Source of the DNA: an uncultured bacterium
Lineage (GTDB): Bacteria > Chloroflexota > UBA5177 > JANWHV01
Assembly: GCA_963827235.1 (NCBI GenBank)
Contig: CAWHAE010000009.1
Span: forward strand, 736,001 to 800,000
Reading direction: 5' to 3'
Length of the DNA: 64,000 nt
Both the position numbers and the translations under genes were made by a program. Below the pieces are notes generated by a model. It was not told where the DNA came from. It ran no database searches and saw nothing but the letters and a program-made list of their open reading frames with translations. The first letter of the stretch is position 1, and each line of letters opens with the position of its first letter. Shown in pieces: positions 9,434 through 18,302 of the stretch.

Positions 9434-12400
9434 ATGAAGTCCCTTTTCGGCATCCCTATGGATACCGTGATGGCCTGGATGCTGGCCATCTTCATCGTGG
9501 TCACGCTGGTGGTCGTCATCCTGGCCTTGTTCAATCCACTGTTTTTCAAGATGGGGCTGCGCAACATTCCACGCCGCCGGGCCCAGACCATCCTGATCAT
9601 TGTCGGCCTGATGCTGAGCACGGTGATCGTGACCAGCGCCTTCGGTACCGGCGACACGCTCAGCTATTCCATTCGATCGTCGGTGGTAAGCGGCATGGGC
9701 TATGTGGACGAAGCGGTCTTCCACGTCTCGGGCTATCCCAGCGCGGACCAGGTGAATGGGGTGGGACCGTTCTCGTCCGCGGTCGCTCGCAGCATCCAGG
9801 CCAACGTCGCCGCCAACCCTTCCGCCGCCGCTTCCGTGCCCGCGCTGATATCCGCGGCGCCGCTCCAGGATCTGACGACCGGGCAGACAAAGGCCGCCGG
9901 CCAGATCGCGGCGTTCCCCGCCGCCTACCCGGCCAAGTTCGGACCTCTGACCACGACGGACGGCTCCGTCGTCACGCTCGGGCAGCTGGCCGCGAACGAG
10001 GTCTACATCAACGCGAAGGCGGCCGACGATCTGGGCGCGCACTCCGGCGACCTCGTGGTCGTCTACTTTCGTGGCCGGCTGCTCAAATTTCACGTCCGAG
10101 CCGCGCTGAAGGACGAGAACCTCGCTTCCGGCGCGCTCTCCAGTGGGGGCGGACAGTACCTCCCCAGCCTGCTTCTGCCGCTCGATCGCCTGGCAGGCAT
10201 GGCGCCCAACACTATTCTGGTCTCCAACAAAGGCGATGCTACCAGTGGAGCAGACAAGACCGATGACGTGACCGATCCGCTGCGCGCCCTGCTTGCCAAG
10301 CCCGGGGAAGTGGCTGCCGTCCAGTCGATGCTGGTGAGCACGGCCGGCAAGACGCAGCTCAAGAAGCTGATCGACGACCCGGCGAACGCCGGGAGCAAGA
10401 GCAAGCTGGTCGCGCTGCAGCAAGAAGTCGCCCGTGTGGGCCAGAGCGATCGGCTAAAGAGTCTGCTGAGCAATCCTTCGGTGGTCGGAGCGCTCAAGAG
10501 CATCAAGGATCCAGGGATCAGTCGTCCCCTGAACGACGACCTGGCGGCAATCAGCGACTACTCGGTCCAGAATGTGAAGCAGGACGGGTTGACCGCAGCG
10601 GATCTGATCGGCAGCGTGTTCGTCTCTATCTTCATCGTGTTCGGGCTCTTCTCCATCGCGGCCGGCATCATGCTGATCTTCTTGATCTTCGTCATGCTTG
10701 CGGCAGAGCGGCGTGAGGAGATGGGGATGGCGCGCGCGGTGGGCACCAAGCGCAGGCATCTCATCCAGCAATTCCTCTTCGAAGGCTATGTCTACAACCT
10801 AGCGGCGGCGTTGGTCGGCATTGTGCTCGGCGTGCTCGTCGGGCTGGGTATGGTGCGCATCATGGCCTACCTGCTCGGGAGCTACGATTTCACGCTGATC
10901 GGGCACATCGAGCCACGCAGCTTGGTCGTGGCGTTCTGCCTTGGCGCCTTGGTGACGTTTCTTACGGTCGTCGTCTCCTCGTACCGGGTGAGCCGTCTCA
11001 ACATCGTGGCCGCCATCCGCGATCTGCCCGAAGATTTCGGCACGAACCGCACGGTCGGCGATGCCTGGAGGAGATCGCTGAAACGGCTGCCGCGGCGGCC
11101 GAGCCAGATGGTCATCCGCTCGCTGCTGACGGCCATCGTTCTGCTCATTACCGTCTCCATGGCGGCGAGAGGCTCAATTGTCGCGGCAGCACTGCTGCTG
11201 CTCCTGCTTGCTGGGACTTACTTCTGGCCGCTCGTGGTGGCCTTTATGGCCCGGGGCCCCGTGCTCGCCGTCGCGGGCGTGGTGCTCATCGTGATTGGAT
11301 TCAACACCAACCAGTACTCATGGTTCGGCATCGGCACCTCGCTGACCTTGATAGGGATCGCCATGCTCATCCGCTGGGGCCTCAGGCTGTCGGCACTGCG
11401 AGATGCTCTCGGCGACCGGGTCGGCTATACTCTGGCCGGCCTGCTGCTGATGATTTTCTGGCTCTTACCGTTCGATTTCCTGACCAGCCTGGGCCTGCCC
11501 AACTTCGACGGCGGCATCGAGATGTTCTTCATTTCGGGCATCTTGCTCGTCATGGGCGGCGTGTGGACGGTGATGTTCAACGCCGACCTGATCGCGACCG
11601 GCCTGCAACGACTGTTCAGCTGGAACGGTTCGCTGGCGCCGGTGATGAAGATGGCCGTGACGTATCCCATGCAGCAGAAGTTCCGCACCGGGTTGACGCT
11701 GGCCATGTTCGCCCTGGTGATATTCACCCTGATGGTGATGTCGGTGCTTACTCGCAGCGCTTCAGGCAGCCTGGTGCTGAACCGCGATGACGGCGGCTAT
11801 CAGATATACGGCGCGGTGAGCGTGCAGAATACCGGCACGAACAACGCGGCCGTCATTGCCGCCAACCGCTCTCTGAGCAAGGCAGTAGCAGCCAGCGGCG
11901 GTATCGGCGTGGTGAGTGTAGGGGTACGCCAGCCCGGCCAGCAGGATCAGTCGTGGTCTGCGTACCTGGCCAACGTGCTCGACGACGCGTATCTCTCCTC
12001 GACGCGGTTTACCCTGCACGATCGGGCTGCCGGCTTCATCTCCGACGCGGCGGTCTGGCAGAAGCTGCGCACGCAGCCCGGCTACGCGGTGGTCGACGCT
12101 TCGCTGACCGAGAGCTCCGGCGGCTTCGGCAACACCTTCACGATCAAGGGTCTGAAGTACAAGGACACGACGTTCAGCCCGCAGACGATCGAGATCCGGG
12201 ACAATCGTTCGGGCACGACTACTCGCCTGCAGGTGATCGGCGTGCTCGACGCCAATGCGTCGAACCTGGGCGACTTCACAAGCGGCATCTACACGGGCGA
12301 ACGCTCGTTCATCTCAGCCGGCCTGGCCTACGTGCAGCCTACCGAGTACGTGTATCGCACGGCGGCAGGTGCGGACGTGCACGCCACCGCGCTGCTGCTG

Positions 12401-12880
12401 GGCAAGACGTTCCTGCGAGAAGGCTTCGACGTCAAGGAGGCGCAGAAGGAGTTCAATACCAACCAGGCGTTTGGCATTGGCATCGACAATCTTCTGGAAG
12501 GCTTCATGGCCCTGGGCCTGATCGTCGGCATTGCCGCCCTCGGCGTGATCGCCTTCCGCTCGGTCGTCGAGCGGCGCCAGCAGATCGGCATGATGCGTGC
12601 CATCGGTTTCCGGAAAGGTATGGTGCGGACGAGCTTCCTGATCGAATCCAGCTTCGTGGCTATTCTGGGCACGTTTCTCGGCGTGGTTCTCGGCCTCTGG
12701 CTGGCAAGGAACCTGGTGGCCAGCATCGCCAAGGACAATTCCAGCGTTGTCTTCGTCGTGCCCTGGCTGCAGATCGTGGTGATCATCGTAGTCGCGTACG
12801 TCGCCTCCCTGATCACCACGTTCGTGCCCGCATGGCAGGCGTCGCGGGTCTATCCGGCGGAAGCCCTGCGCTACGAGTAG
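9434..12880 (+). CDS. FtsX/MacB-type ABC permease with two permease halves
   Basis: Two ERRxxxGMxRAxG motifs, many TM helices, C-terminal PAWQASRVYPAEALRYE. Confidence 0.88.
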   Translation: MKSLFGIPMDTVMAWMLAIFIVVTLVVVILALFNPLFFKMGLRNIPRRRAQTILIIVGLMLSTVIVTSAFGTGDTLSYSIRSSVVSGMGYVDEAVFHVSGYPSADQVNGVGPFSSAVARSIQANVAANPSAAASVPALISAAPLQDLTTGQTKAAGQIAAFPAAYPAKFGPLTTTDGSVVTLGQLAANEVYINAKAADDLGAHSGDLVVVYFRGRLLKFHVRAALKDENLASGALSSGGGQYLPSLLLPLDRLAGMAPNTILVSNKGDATSGADKTDDVTDPLRALLAKPGEVAAVQSMLVSTAGKTQLKKLIDDPANAGSKSKLVALQQEVARVGQSDRLKSLLSNPSVVGALKSIKDPGISRPLNDDLAAISDYSVQNVKQDGLTAADLIGSVFVSIFIVFGLFSIAAGIMLIFLIFVMLAAERREEMGMARAVGTKRRHLIQQFLFEGYVYNLAAALVGIVLGVLVGLGMVRIMAYLLGSYDFTLIGHIEPRSLVVAFCLGALVTFLTVVVSSYRVSRLNIVAAIRDLPEDFGTNRTVGDAWRRSLKRLPRRPSQMVIRSLLTAIVLLITVSMAARGSIVAAALLLLLLAGTYFWPLVVAFMARGPVLAVAGVVLIVIGFNTNQYSWFGIGTSLTLIGIAMLIRWGLRLSALRDALGDRVGYTLAGLLLMIFWLLPFDFLTSLGLPNFDGGIEMFFISGILLVMGGVWTVMFNADLIATGLQRLFSWNGSLAPVMKMAVTYPMQQKFRTGLTLAMFALVIFTLMVMSVLTRSASGSLVLNRDDGGYQIYGAVSVQNTGTNNAAVIAANRSLSKAVAASGGIGVVSVGVRQPGQQDQSWSAYLANVLDDAYLSSTRFTLHDRAAGFISDAAVWQKLRTQPGYAVVDASLTESSGGFGNTFTIKGLKYKDTTFSPQTIEIRDNRSGTTTRLQVIGVLDANASNLGDFTSGIYTGERSFISAGLAYVQPTEYVYRTAAGADVHATALLLGKTFLREGFDVKEAQKEFNTNQAFGIGIDNLLEGFMALGLIVGIAALGVIAFRSVVERRQQIGMMRAIGFRKGMVRTSFLIESSFVAILGTFLGVVLGLWLARNLVASIAKDNSSVVFVVPWLQIVVIIVVAYVASLITTFVPAWQASRVYPAEALRYE

Positions 12881-12899
12881 CAGTCCGCGGGCACTAACA

Positions 12900-12938
12900 C
12901 ACAAGACCTCCAGGCATTTGAGCCGGAGGTCTTGTGTT
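12900..12938. terminator. probable bidirectional terminator
   Basis: CACAAGACCTCC...GGAGGTCTTGTG stem between convergent genes. Confidence 0.7.
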
Positions 12939-12961
12939 GCTGTTGTCGCGCAACGTATAGG

Positions 12962-13384
12962 TCACGACTGCCGCGTCTTCTTCTCCTGCAGGCGCGCCCC
13001 GGTTGCGCGTTGAAAGGCGAGATCTTCGTTCAACCGGTAGTCGACGAGCGCCTTGATCAACAGTTGGTTGATGGAGCCCCGGCTGTTGAAGGCCTTGGTC
13101 CTCAACCACTCATAGAGCTCGTCGGTGAGATGCACGTTGAACTTCACGCTGCCGACCGTGGCAGCGGTCTGCTTGAGCACGAGCGGTGTCGTCGCGTCGT
13201 CCGACGCATCGTGCAGGGCCCTAATCGCTTTGAGCACCATGCTGTTCATACTGCAACGGTCGACAAATGCGCGGTAGCGAAGCCACTCATATTGCGCGGC
13301 CGGCAGCCGGCATTGCATGAACCTCGCTCCGTCCATGGCGGTAGGTGCTGCAACAGCCCGCTGAGTATCAATCATCTGCAACAC
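12962..13384 (-). CDS. hypothetical protein with two tandem ribbon-helix-helix (Arc-like) repeats
   Basis: RFMQCRLPAAQYEWLRYRAFVDRCSMNSMVLKAI and VKFNVHLTDELYEWLRTKAFNSRGSINQLLIKAL; AAGGAGG 8 nt before GTG at 13384. Confidence 0.65.
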   Translation of the reverse strand: MLQMIDTQRAVAAPTAMDGARFMQCRLPAAQYEWLRYRAFVDRCSMNSMVLKAIRALHDASDDATTPLVLKQTAATVGSVKFNVHLTDELYEWLRTKAFNSRGSINQLLIKALVDYRLNEDLAFQRATGARLQEKKTRQS

Positions 13385-13642
13385 GCGTGACGCCTCCTTG
13401 GTCATCCTCTTCATGACTCCAGATAGCCCCTCGGCATCTCGGCCGGGATATTCATCCCTACACATCTTGCTATCGGCAGCAGCGAGGCAAATCAGTAGAG
13501 CAATTTTCTCTTCAGGGCCAAACTCGTCGAACTGGACTGCAGAGAGAGGGTTTGCTACGATTGCCAGGATTGGGGCCACCCCGGCGCTGCTGGCCGGTAG
13601 GAGGCCGAGCGATCGACGGCGATCACCTGGAGGTCTGGAACG

Positions 13643-14914
13643 ATGACCCCGGTCGAAAAGGCTACCGCGCTCGATCAGAGCTCCGTGCTCGAGCTGGCTT
13701 TACGGCAGTTCGACGCCGCGGCCGACCATCTGCGGCTCGAGGCGCGTTACCGGCGCATCCTGCGCCAGTCGCGGCGCGAGCTGACCGTGACCTTCCCCGT
13801 GCGTATGCGCGACGATTCGTTCGCCATGTTCACCGGCTATCGCGTCCATCACAACATCGTGCGCGGCCCCGCATGCGGTGGCATTCGCTATCATCCGGAC
13901 CTCACCATCGACGCCGTGCGAGCGCTGGCTCTCTGGTCTACCTGGCGTGCTGCCCTGTTGCGCATACCATTCGGCGGCGCCTACGGCGGCGTGGTGTGCG
14001 ATCCGGCGTCCATGACGGAGGAGGAGCGCGAGAATCTGACCCGCCGCTTCACGACCGAGATCTCTATCCTGCTGGGGCCCGATCGCGACATCGCGTCGCC
14101 GGATCGCTCGACCGACGACCACGTGATGGGTTGGATGATGGACACCTACAGTATGCACCGGGGATTCTCCGTGCCGGCGGTCGTGACCGGAAAACCGGTC
14201 GCCATCGGCGGGTCGCGTGGATGGGCCGCTTCCAGCGGTCGGGGGACCGCGGTGCTGTGTCGCGAGCTCGCCAGACTGCGCGGGCTGGACGTGCAGAACA
14301 CGCGCGTTGCCCTGCAGGGCGCGGGGCCAATCGGCGCTTCGGCGGCGCGGGTGCTATTCGGTTGGGGTGCGCGGATCGTGGCGCTCGGCGACGGCCGGCA
14401 AGGCGTGTTCCAGAACAGCGGGCTGGAAGTGCCGGCCGTGCTGCGCTACTTCGACGAGCATGGATCGCTGCAGGGTTGCCCGTATGGATCGCCGGTAGCT
14501 GGCCCAACCCTGGCTCCAATGCCTTGCGACATCCTGGTGCTGAGCGGCTTCGAGCGCATCGACGAGCAAGCGGCGGCGGCGATGCAGGCAGGAGTGGTGG
14601 TAGAAGGAGCCTACGGCACGATCGCGCCGGAGATCGACCGCGTGCTCGAAGATCGGGGCATCGTGGTGATGCCCGACATACTCGGCGGATCCGGCGGTGC
14701 AGCGGCCTCCTACTTCGAATGGGTGCAGGATATCCAGGAGACGTTCTGGAGCGAGGACCAGATCAGCAGCCGGATCGAAGCGATGCTGCTGCGCGGGTTC
14801 GAGGACGTGTACGCGCTGCACCAGCGCGACGGCATCTCGCTGCGCCTTGCCGCTCACTGCCTGGCAGTCGGGCGCGTGGCCGAAGCGCACCGGCTGCGGG
14901 GACTCTATCCGTAG
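13643..14914 (+). CDS. Glu/Leu/Phe/Val dehydrogenase homolog lacking the conserved active-site lysines
   Basis: GYRVHHN, GGIRYHP, VVTGKP, PDILGGSGG, SYFEWVQD, RGLYP; conserved Lys replaced in GPAC-GG, TWR and GGAY-GG. Confidence 0.85.
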   Translation: MTPVEKATALDQSSVLELALRQFDAAADHLRLEARYRRILRQSRRELTVTFPVRMRDDSFAMFTGYRVHHNIVRGPACGGIRYHPDLTIDAVRALALWSTWRAALLRIPFGGAYGGVVCDPASMTEEERENLTRRFTTEISILLGPDRDIASPDRSTDDHVMGWMMDTYSMHRGFSVPAVVTGKPVAIGGSRGWAASSGRGTAVLCRELARLRGLDVQNTRVALQGAGPIGASAARVLFGWGARIVALGDGRQGVFQNSGLEVPAVLRYFDEHGSLQGCPYGSPVAGPTLAPMPCDILVLSGFERIDEQAAAAMQAGVVVEGAYGTIAPEIDRVLEDRGIVVMPDILGGSGGAAASYFEWVQDIQETFWSEDQISSRIEAMLLRGFEDVYALHQRDGISLRLAAHCLAVGRVAEAHRLRGLYP

Positions 14915-14916
14915 CC

Positions 14917-15192
14917 ATGGGCGTACAGGATTCCGGGCGATGGGTGCCGCTGACCTATTACTTGCGGTTGCAGCGCGGACGGCAACCGGCTGTCGAGATG
15001 ACCTTCCGGCAGGTCGAAGAGGTGCTTGGCGACGGCCTGCCGAAGCCGGCGCGCAAGCAGCCGGAGTGGTGGCGCAACGATGATGCCGTTCCCCAGGCCC
15101 GGGCCTGGATCGACGCCGGTTGGCGGGTGGATACCGTGGATCTACCGAACGAGCTCGTGACGTTCGTGCCGGCGGGCCTGGCGACGGCGTAG
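14917..15192 (+). CDS. small DUF7662-like domain protein
   Basis: PLTYYL...MTFRQVEEVLG.LP..A....WWRND...QARAWIDAGWRV..VDL....VTF pattern; starts 2 nt after the gdh-like stop. Confidence 0.65.
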   Translation: MGVQDSGRWVPLTYYLRLQRGRQPAVEMTFRQVEEVLGDGLPKPARKQPEWWRNDDAVPQARAWIDAGWRVDTVDLPNELVTFVPAGLATA

Positions 15193-15198
15193 TCGCCG

Positions 15199-15780
15199 CT
15201 ACGGGTACGGCTTTTCGCGACGCTCGAGCATGCCGATGAACCTGTCGATATGCGCCCGCCGCGTCTTGGCTCGTTTGATCATGTCAATTCTGCGGCATAT
15301 CGCGTACCGGTTGAGCTTGTTGAGCGACTCGAAGAACTCCCTGGCCACGGGATGGGCATCCAGCTCCTGCTGGACATCCTCGGGGACGGTCTGCGCGCTC
15401 TGCGACCTATAGGCGGCATCCCACCGGCCGTCGCTCTTGGCCCGCTCGACGGCGCGCATTCCGGCCGGCTTCATCCTGCCGGCGGCTTCGAGCTGCGCCA
15501 CCTTCTCCGTGTTGATCTTCGACCACGCGCTCTTGGGCCGGCGCGGTGTGAACCTCTGCACGTAGCAGGCGGCATCGTAGGTCTTGACCTGGCCGTCAAT
15601 CCAGCCGTAGCAGAGCGCGCCGTCGAGCGCCTCGGCGTAGGAGATAGTGGTAAGGCCGCCGTTCTTCTTGGCCAGCTTGATCCAGACGCCCTGGGTTTCG
15701 GCGTGGTGCTCGGCGAGCCAATCCTCCCATTCCTGTTGCGTGACACACAGCAGCACCGGCAGGTTGGCGAGCATCTCCAT
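15199..15780 (-). CDS. YdeI/OmpD-associated family protein
   Basis: WEDWLAEHH, ALCYGWIDG, FTPRRPKSAWS, GRMKPAG. Confidence 0.88.
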   Translation of the reverse strand: MEMLANLPVLLCVTQQEWEDWLAEHHAETQGVWIKLAKKNGGLTTISYAEALDGALCYGWIDGQVKTYDAACYVQRFTPRRPKSAWSKINTEKVAQLEAAGRMKPAGMRAVERAKSDGRWDAAYRSQSAQTVPEDVQQELDAHPVAREFFESLNKLNRYAICRRIDMIKRAKTRRAHIDRFIGMLERREKPYP

Positions 15781-15913
15781 ATATGCCAGAGTAGCACGCC
15801 ACACCGATATTCAAAGACCCTGATGCCCAAGGTCAGGGAGCCTGCCGGAGCCCTCTCACCCTTCAGACGGCGCGAATAGCCGCACGTGCCATGCTATGCA
15901 TGCTTACAAGCAC

Positions 15914-16390
15914 CTATACATCGAGAGGCTTGAGCAGGCGCACGAACGTTGGCTGATCGTAGCCGTCGTGGATGTGCTCGGCAATGATCCTGTAGCCGCG
16001 GTTCTGGAAGAAGCGAAGATTGCGCGGCAGAGCGAGACGCACGCCCACCACGACCGCGGCGTGCTCTTCGGCGCGGGCCCGGCGCTCCGCTTCGGCCATC
16101 AGGGCACTGCCGACACCGCGGCCCTGCATGTCGGCGCGGACCGCCAGGCGCCCGCAGTAGAGCGCCGGAGGATCGTCGATCGAGCGCAAGCGCGCCACGC
16201 CGACCACCTGCCCTTCCTGCTCCGCCACGACCACGGTGCCGGCGGCCATCGCCTCGAGCACGGTGTCGGCCGTCTCCTTGAAGACGCCGCTCGGTGGATC
16301 GAGCTGAGCCTGCTCCGCGAATGCCTCCTGGGTGAGGCGCAAAAGGCTCTCCGCTTCGTGCGCCTGTGCTACCCGGATTGTCAGACCCAT
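15914..16390 (-). CDS. GNAT acetyltransferase
   Basis: RLAVRADMQGRGVGSALM acetyl-CoA motif; NLRFFQNRGY. Confidence 0.85.
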   Translation of the reverse strand: MGLTIRVAQAHEAESLLRLTQEAFAEQAQLDPPSGVFKETADTVLEAMAAGTVVVAEQEGQVVGVARLRSIDDPPALYCGRLAVRADMQGRGVGSALMAEAERRARAEEHAAVVVGVRLALPRNLRFFQNRGYRIIAEHIHDGYDQPTFVRLLKPLDV

Positions 16391-16522
16391 CAGATGCTCG
16401 CAATACCCCTACGATGCGCGAGCGCATGGCCCACGACCCTGTGCCGCCGCTTGTAGTCTATCGCACTCTGGTCGCGCACGTGACCGCGCGGGCACGCACT
16501 CAGCGATCCAAGGCTGGCCGCC

Positions 16523-16702
16523 GACCGCATCCTGGCGACACGTCTGGGAACGGGGGCCACGGGCCTGATCGCGGATGGGACGTTCAGCCGCGTGGTGGCG
16601 CTGCAGGGTTCAGAAGTGACCAGCGTTTCCCTACGCGAGACCGTGGGCAAGCTGAATCTCGTCTCAGCACGGCATCCGATGGTCCGCGAGGCGCGACTGC
16701 TC
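16523..16702 (+). pseudogene. C-terminal remnant of 6-phosphofructokinase
   Basis: Frame from 16523 reads DRILATRLGTGATGLIADGTFSRVVALQGSEVTSVSLRETVGKLNLV, resembling the PfkA C-terminus; no N-terminal part present. Confidence 0.65.
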
Positions 16703-16860
16703 GACGGACCCGACCCCCGGCGTTGCTCTTCGATCACGGTGCTCGAGGACGGCCGCGGCCGGCCGATAGACCGCGCACCGGCCGGCCGCGGCCGTACTTC
16801 CATCCTCGGTTGGAGGCTCACTCAGTGTGAGCCGGAGATTGGGTTACGTCATGCCGGCTC

Positions 16861-17832
16861 TTACCAGGCGTATGCCTCGGGAGCGGCACCGCCCGGACCG
16901 GGGAAGATGCCGTCCAGGGTGGTAAGCGTCTCGGATGAGAGCTTCAGCTCCAGGGCGTGCAGAGCGCCGTCGAGCTGCGCCATCGTGCGCGGCCCGATGA
17001 TCGGCGCGGTGACCACGGGATTGCTGAGCAGCCAGGCCAGGGCCACGTCGGCCGGCGCCTCTCCCAGCTCGCGGCAGAAGCCCTCCCACTGCTCCAGCTT
17101 GCCCTGATTCTCTTCGATGCGCTTCTGGACCATCGGCGTAGAGCGGCGGCCCTCCTTGGCTTTCTGCAGCGCGCCGCCAAGGAAGCCCCCTCCGAGCGGG
17201 CTCCAGGGGATCAGGCCCATGCCGTACGCCTCGCAGGCGGGAATGACCTCGAGCTCGATCGTACGAGCGTCAAGGTTGTACAGGCTCTGCTCCGATACCA
17301 ACCCGAAGAAGTGCCGGTTCCGGGCCTGCTCGTTAGCCCGCGCGATGTGCCAGCCCGCGAAGTTGGAGCTGCCGACGTACAGAATCTTGCCCTGCTGCAC
17401 GAGCACGTCCATAGCCTGCCAGATCTCGTCCCACGGCGTGGCCCGATCGATGTGATGCATCTGGTAGATGTCGATATAGTCGGTCTGCATGCGCTTGAGA
17501 CTGGCATCGCAGGCGCGCCGGATATTCAGCGCCGAGAGGCGCGATTCATTCGGCCAATCGCCCATGTCGCCGTAGAGCTTGGTAGCCAGAACGGTCCGCT
17601 CGCGCCGCCCGCCGCCCTGGGCGAACCAGCGGCCGAGGATCTGCTCGGTGATCCCTTCGCCTTTCTTCCAGCCATAGACGTTGGCGGTGTCGAAGAAGTT
17701 GATTCCCAGGTCATGGGCGTGATCCATGATCGCGAAGCTGTCGGCCTCCTCGGAGAAAGGCCCGAAGTTCATGGTTCCGAGGCAGATCCTGCTGACTTTG
17801 AGGCCGGATCGGCCGAGCTGTACGTACTCCAT
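16861..17832 (-). CDS. aldo/keto reductase
   Basis: LGRSGLKVSRICLGTM, FFDTANVYG, LATK, YQMHH, IPWSPL, PIIGPR. Confidence 0.92.
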   Translation of the reverse strand: MEYVQLGRSGLKVSRICLGTMNFGPFSEEADSFAIMDHAHDLGINFFDTANVYGWKKGEGITEQILGRWFAQGGGRRERTVLATKLYGDMGDWPNESRLSALNIRRACDASLKRMQTDYIDIYQMHHIDRATPWDEIWQAMDVLVQQGKILYVGSSNFAGWHIARANEQARNRHFFGLVSEQSLYNLDARTIELEVIPACEAYGMGLIPWSPLGGGFLGGALQKAKEGRRSTPMVQKRIEENQGKLEQWEGFCRELGEAPADVALAWLLSNPVVTAPIIGPRTMAQLDGALHALELKLSSETLTTLDGIFPGPGGAAPEAYAW

Positions 17833-18302
17833 GCAGGTATTCTCCACTCGCTAGAAACGTCGTGTAGCGGGGCTGTCCGCGAAGGTGCGGGGCGCGAGCC
17901 GGCACGATCCCGGCCATTCCATGATCAAACGTACCACAGGGCAGCGCAGGGGCAGATGTCGGAATCTGATAGTCGGCCAGTCGGCTATCTCGGACAGACG
18001 TGGTTCATGTTCGTTTCAGGCTTGCTGGACTACAATACACGTGCAGGGTTTATGGAATGCCATGATCGGATTCCCTCAGTCCGATCGACCGTTCCTGACG
18101 GTTGCGTGTGAAGGGCGCCACAGTTCGTGCTTCACCCGGCGACCAGACCTGACGAGCAGGCCGCGATCTCGATGCGTGGGGCGTCTGTAGCGCGGACCTG
18201 ACGGGCTCGACCCAGGTTACGGCCACATTGCAAGACCAGAAGTTGGCGACGTCGCGATCCGCGACATTGGCGGAGCGCGATGAGTGTGGGGAGGAAGACA
18301 AA

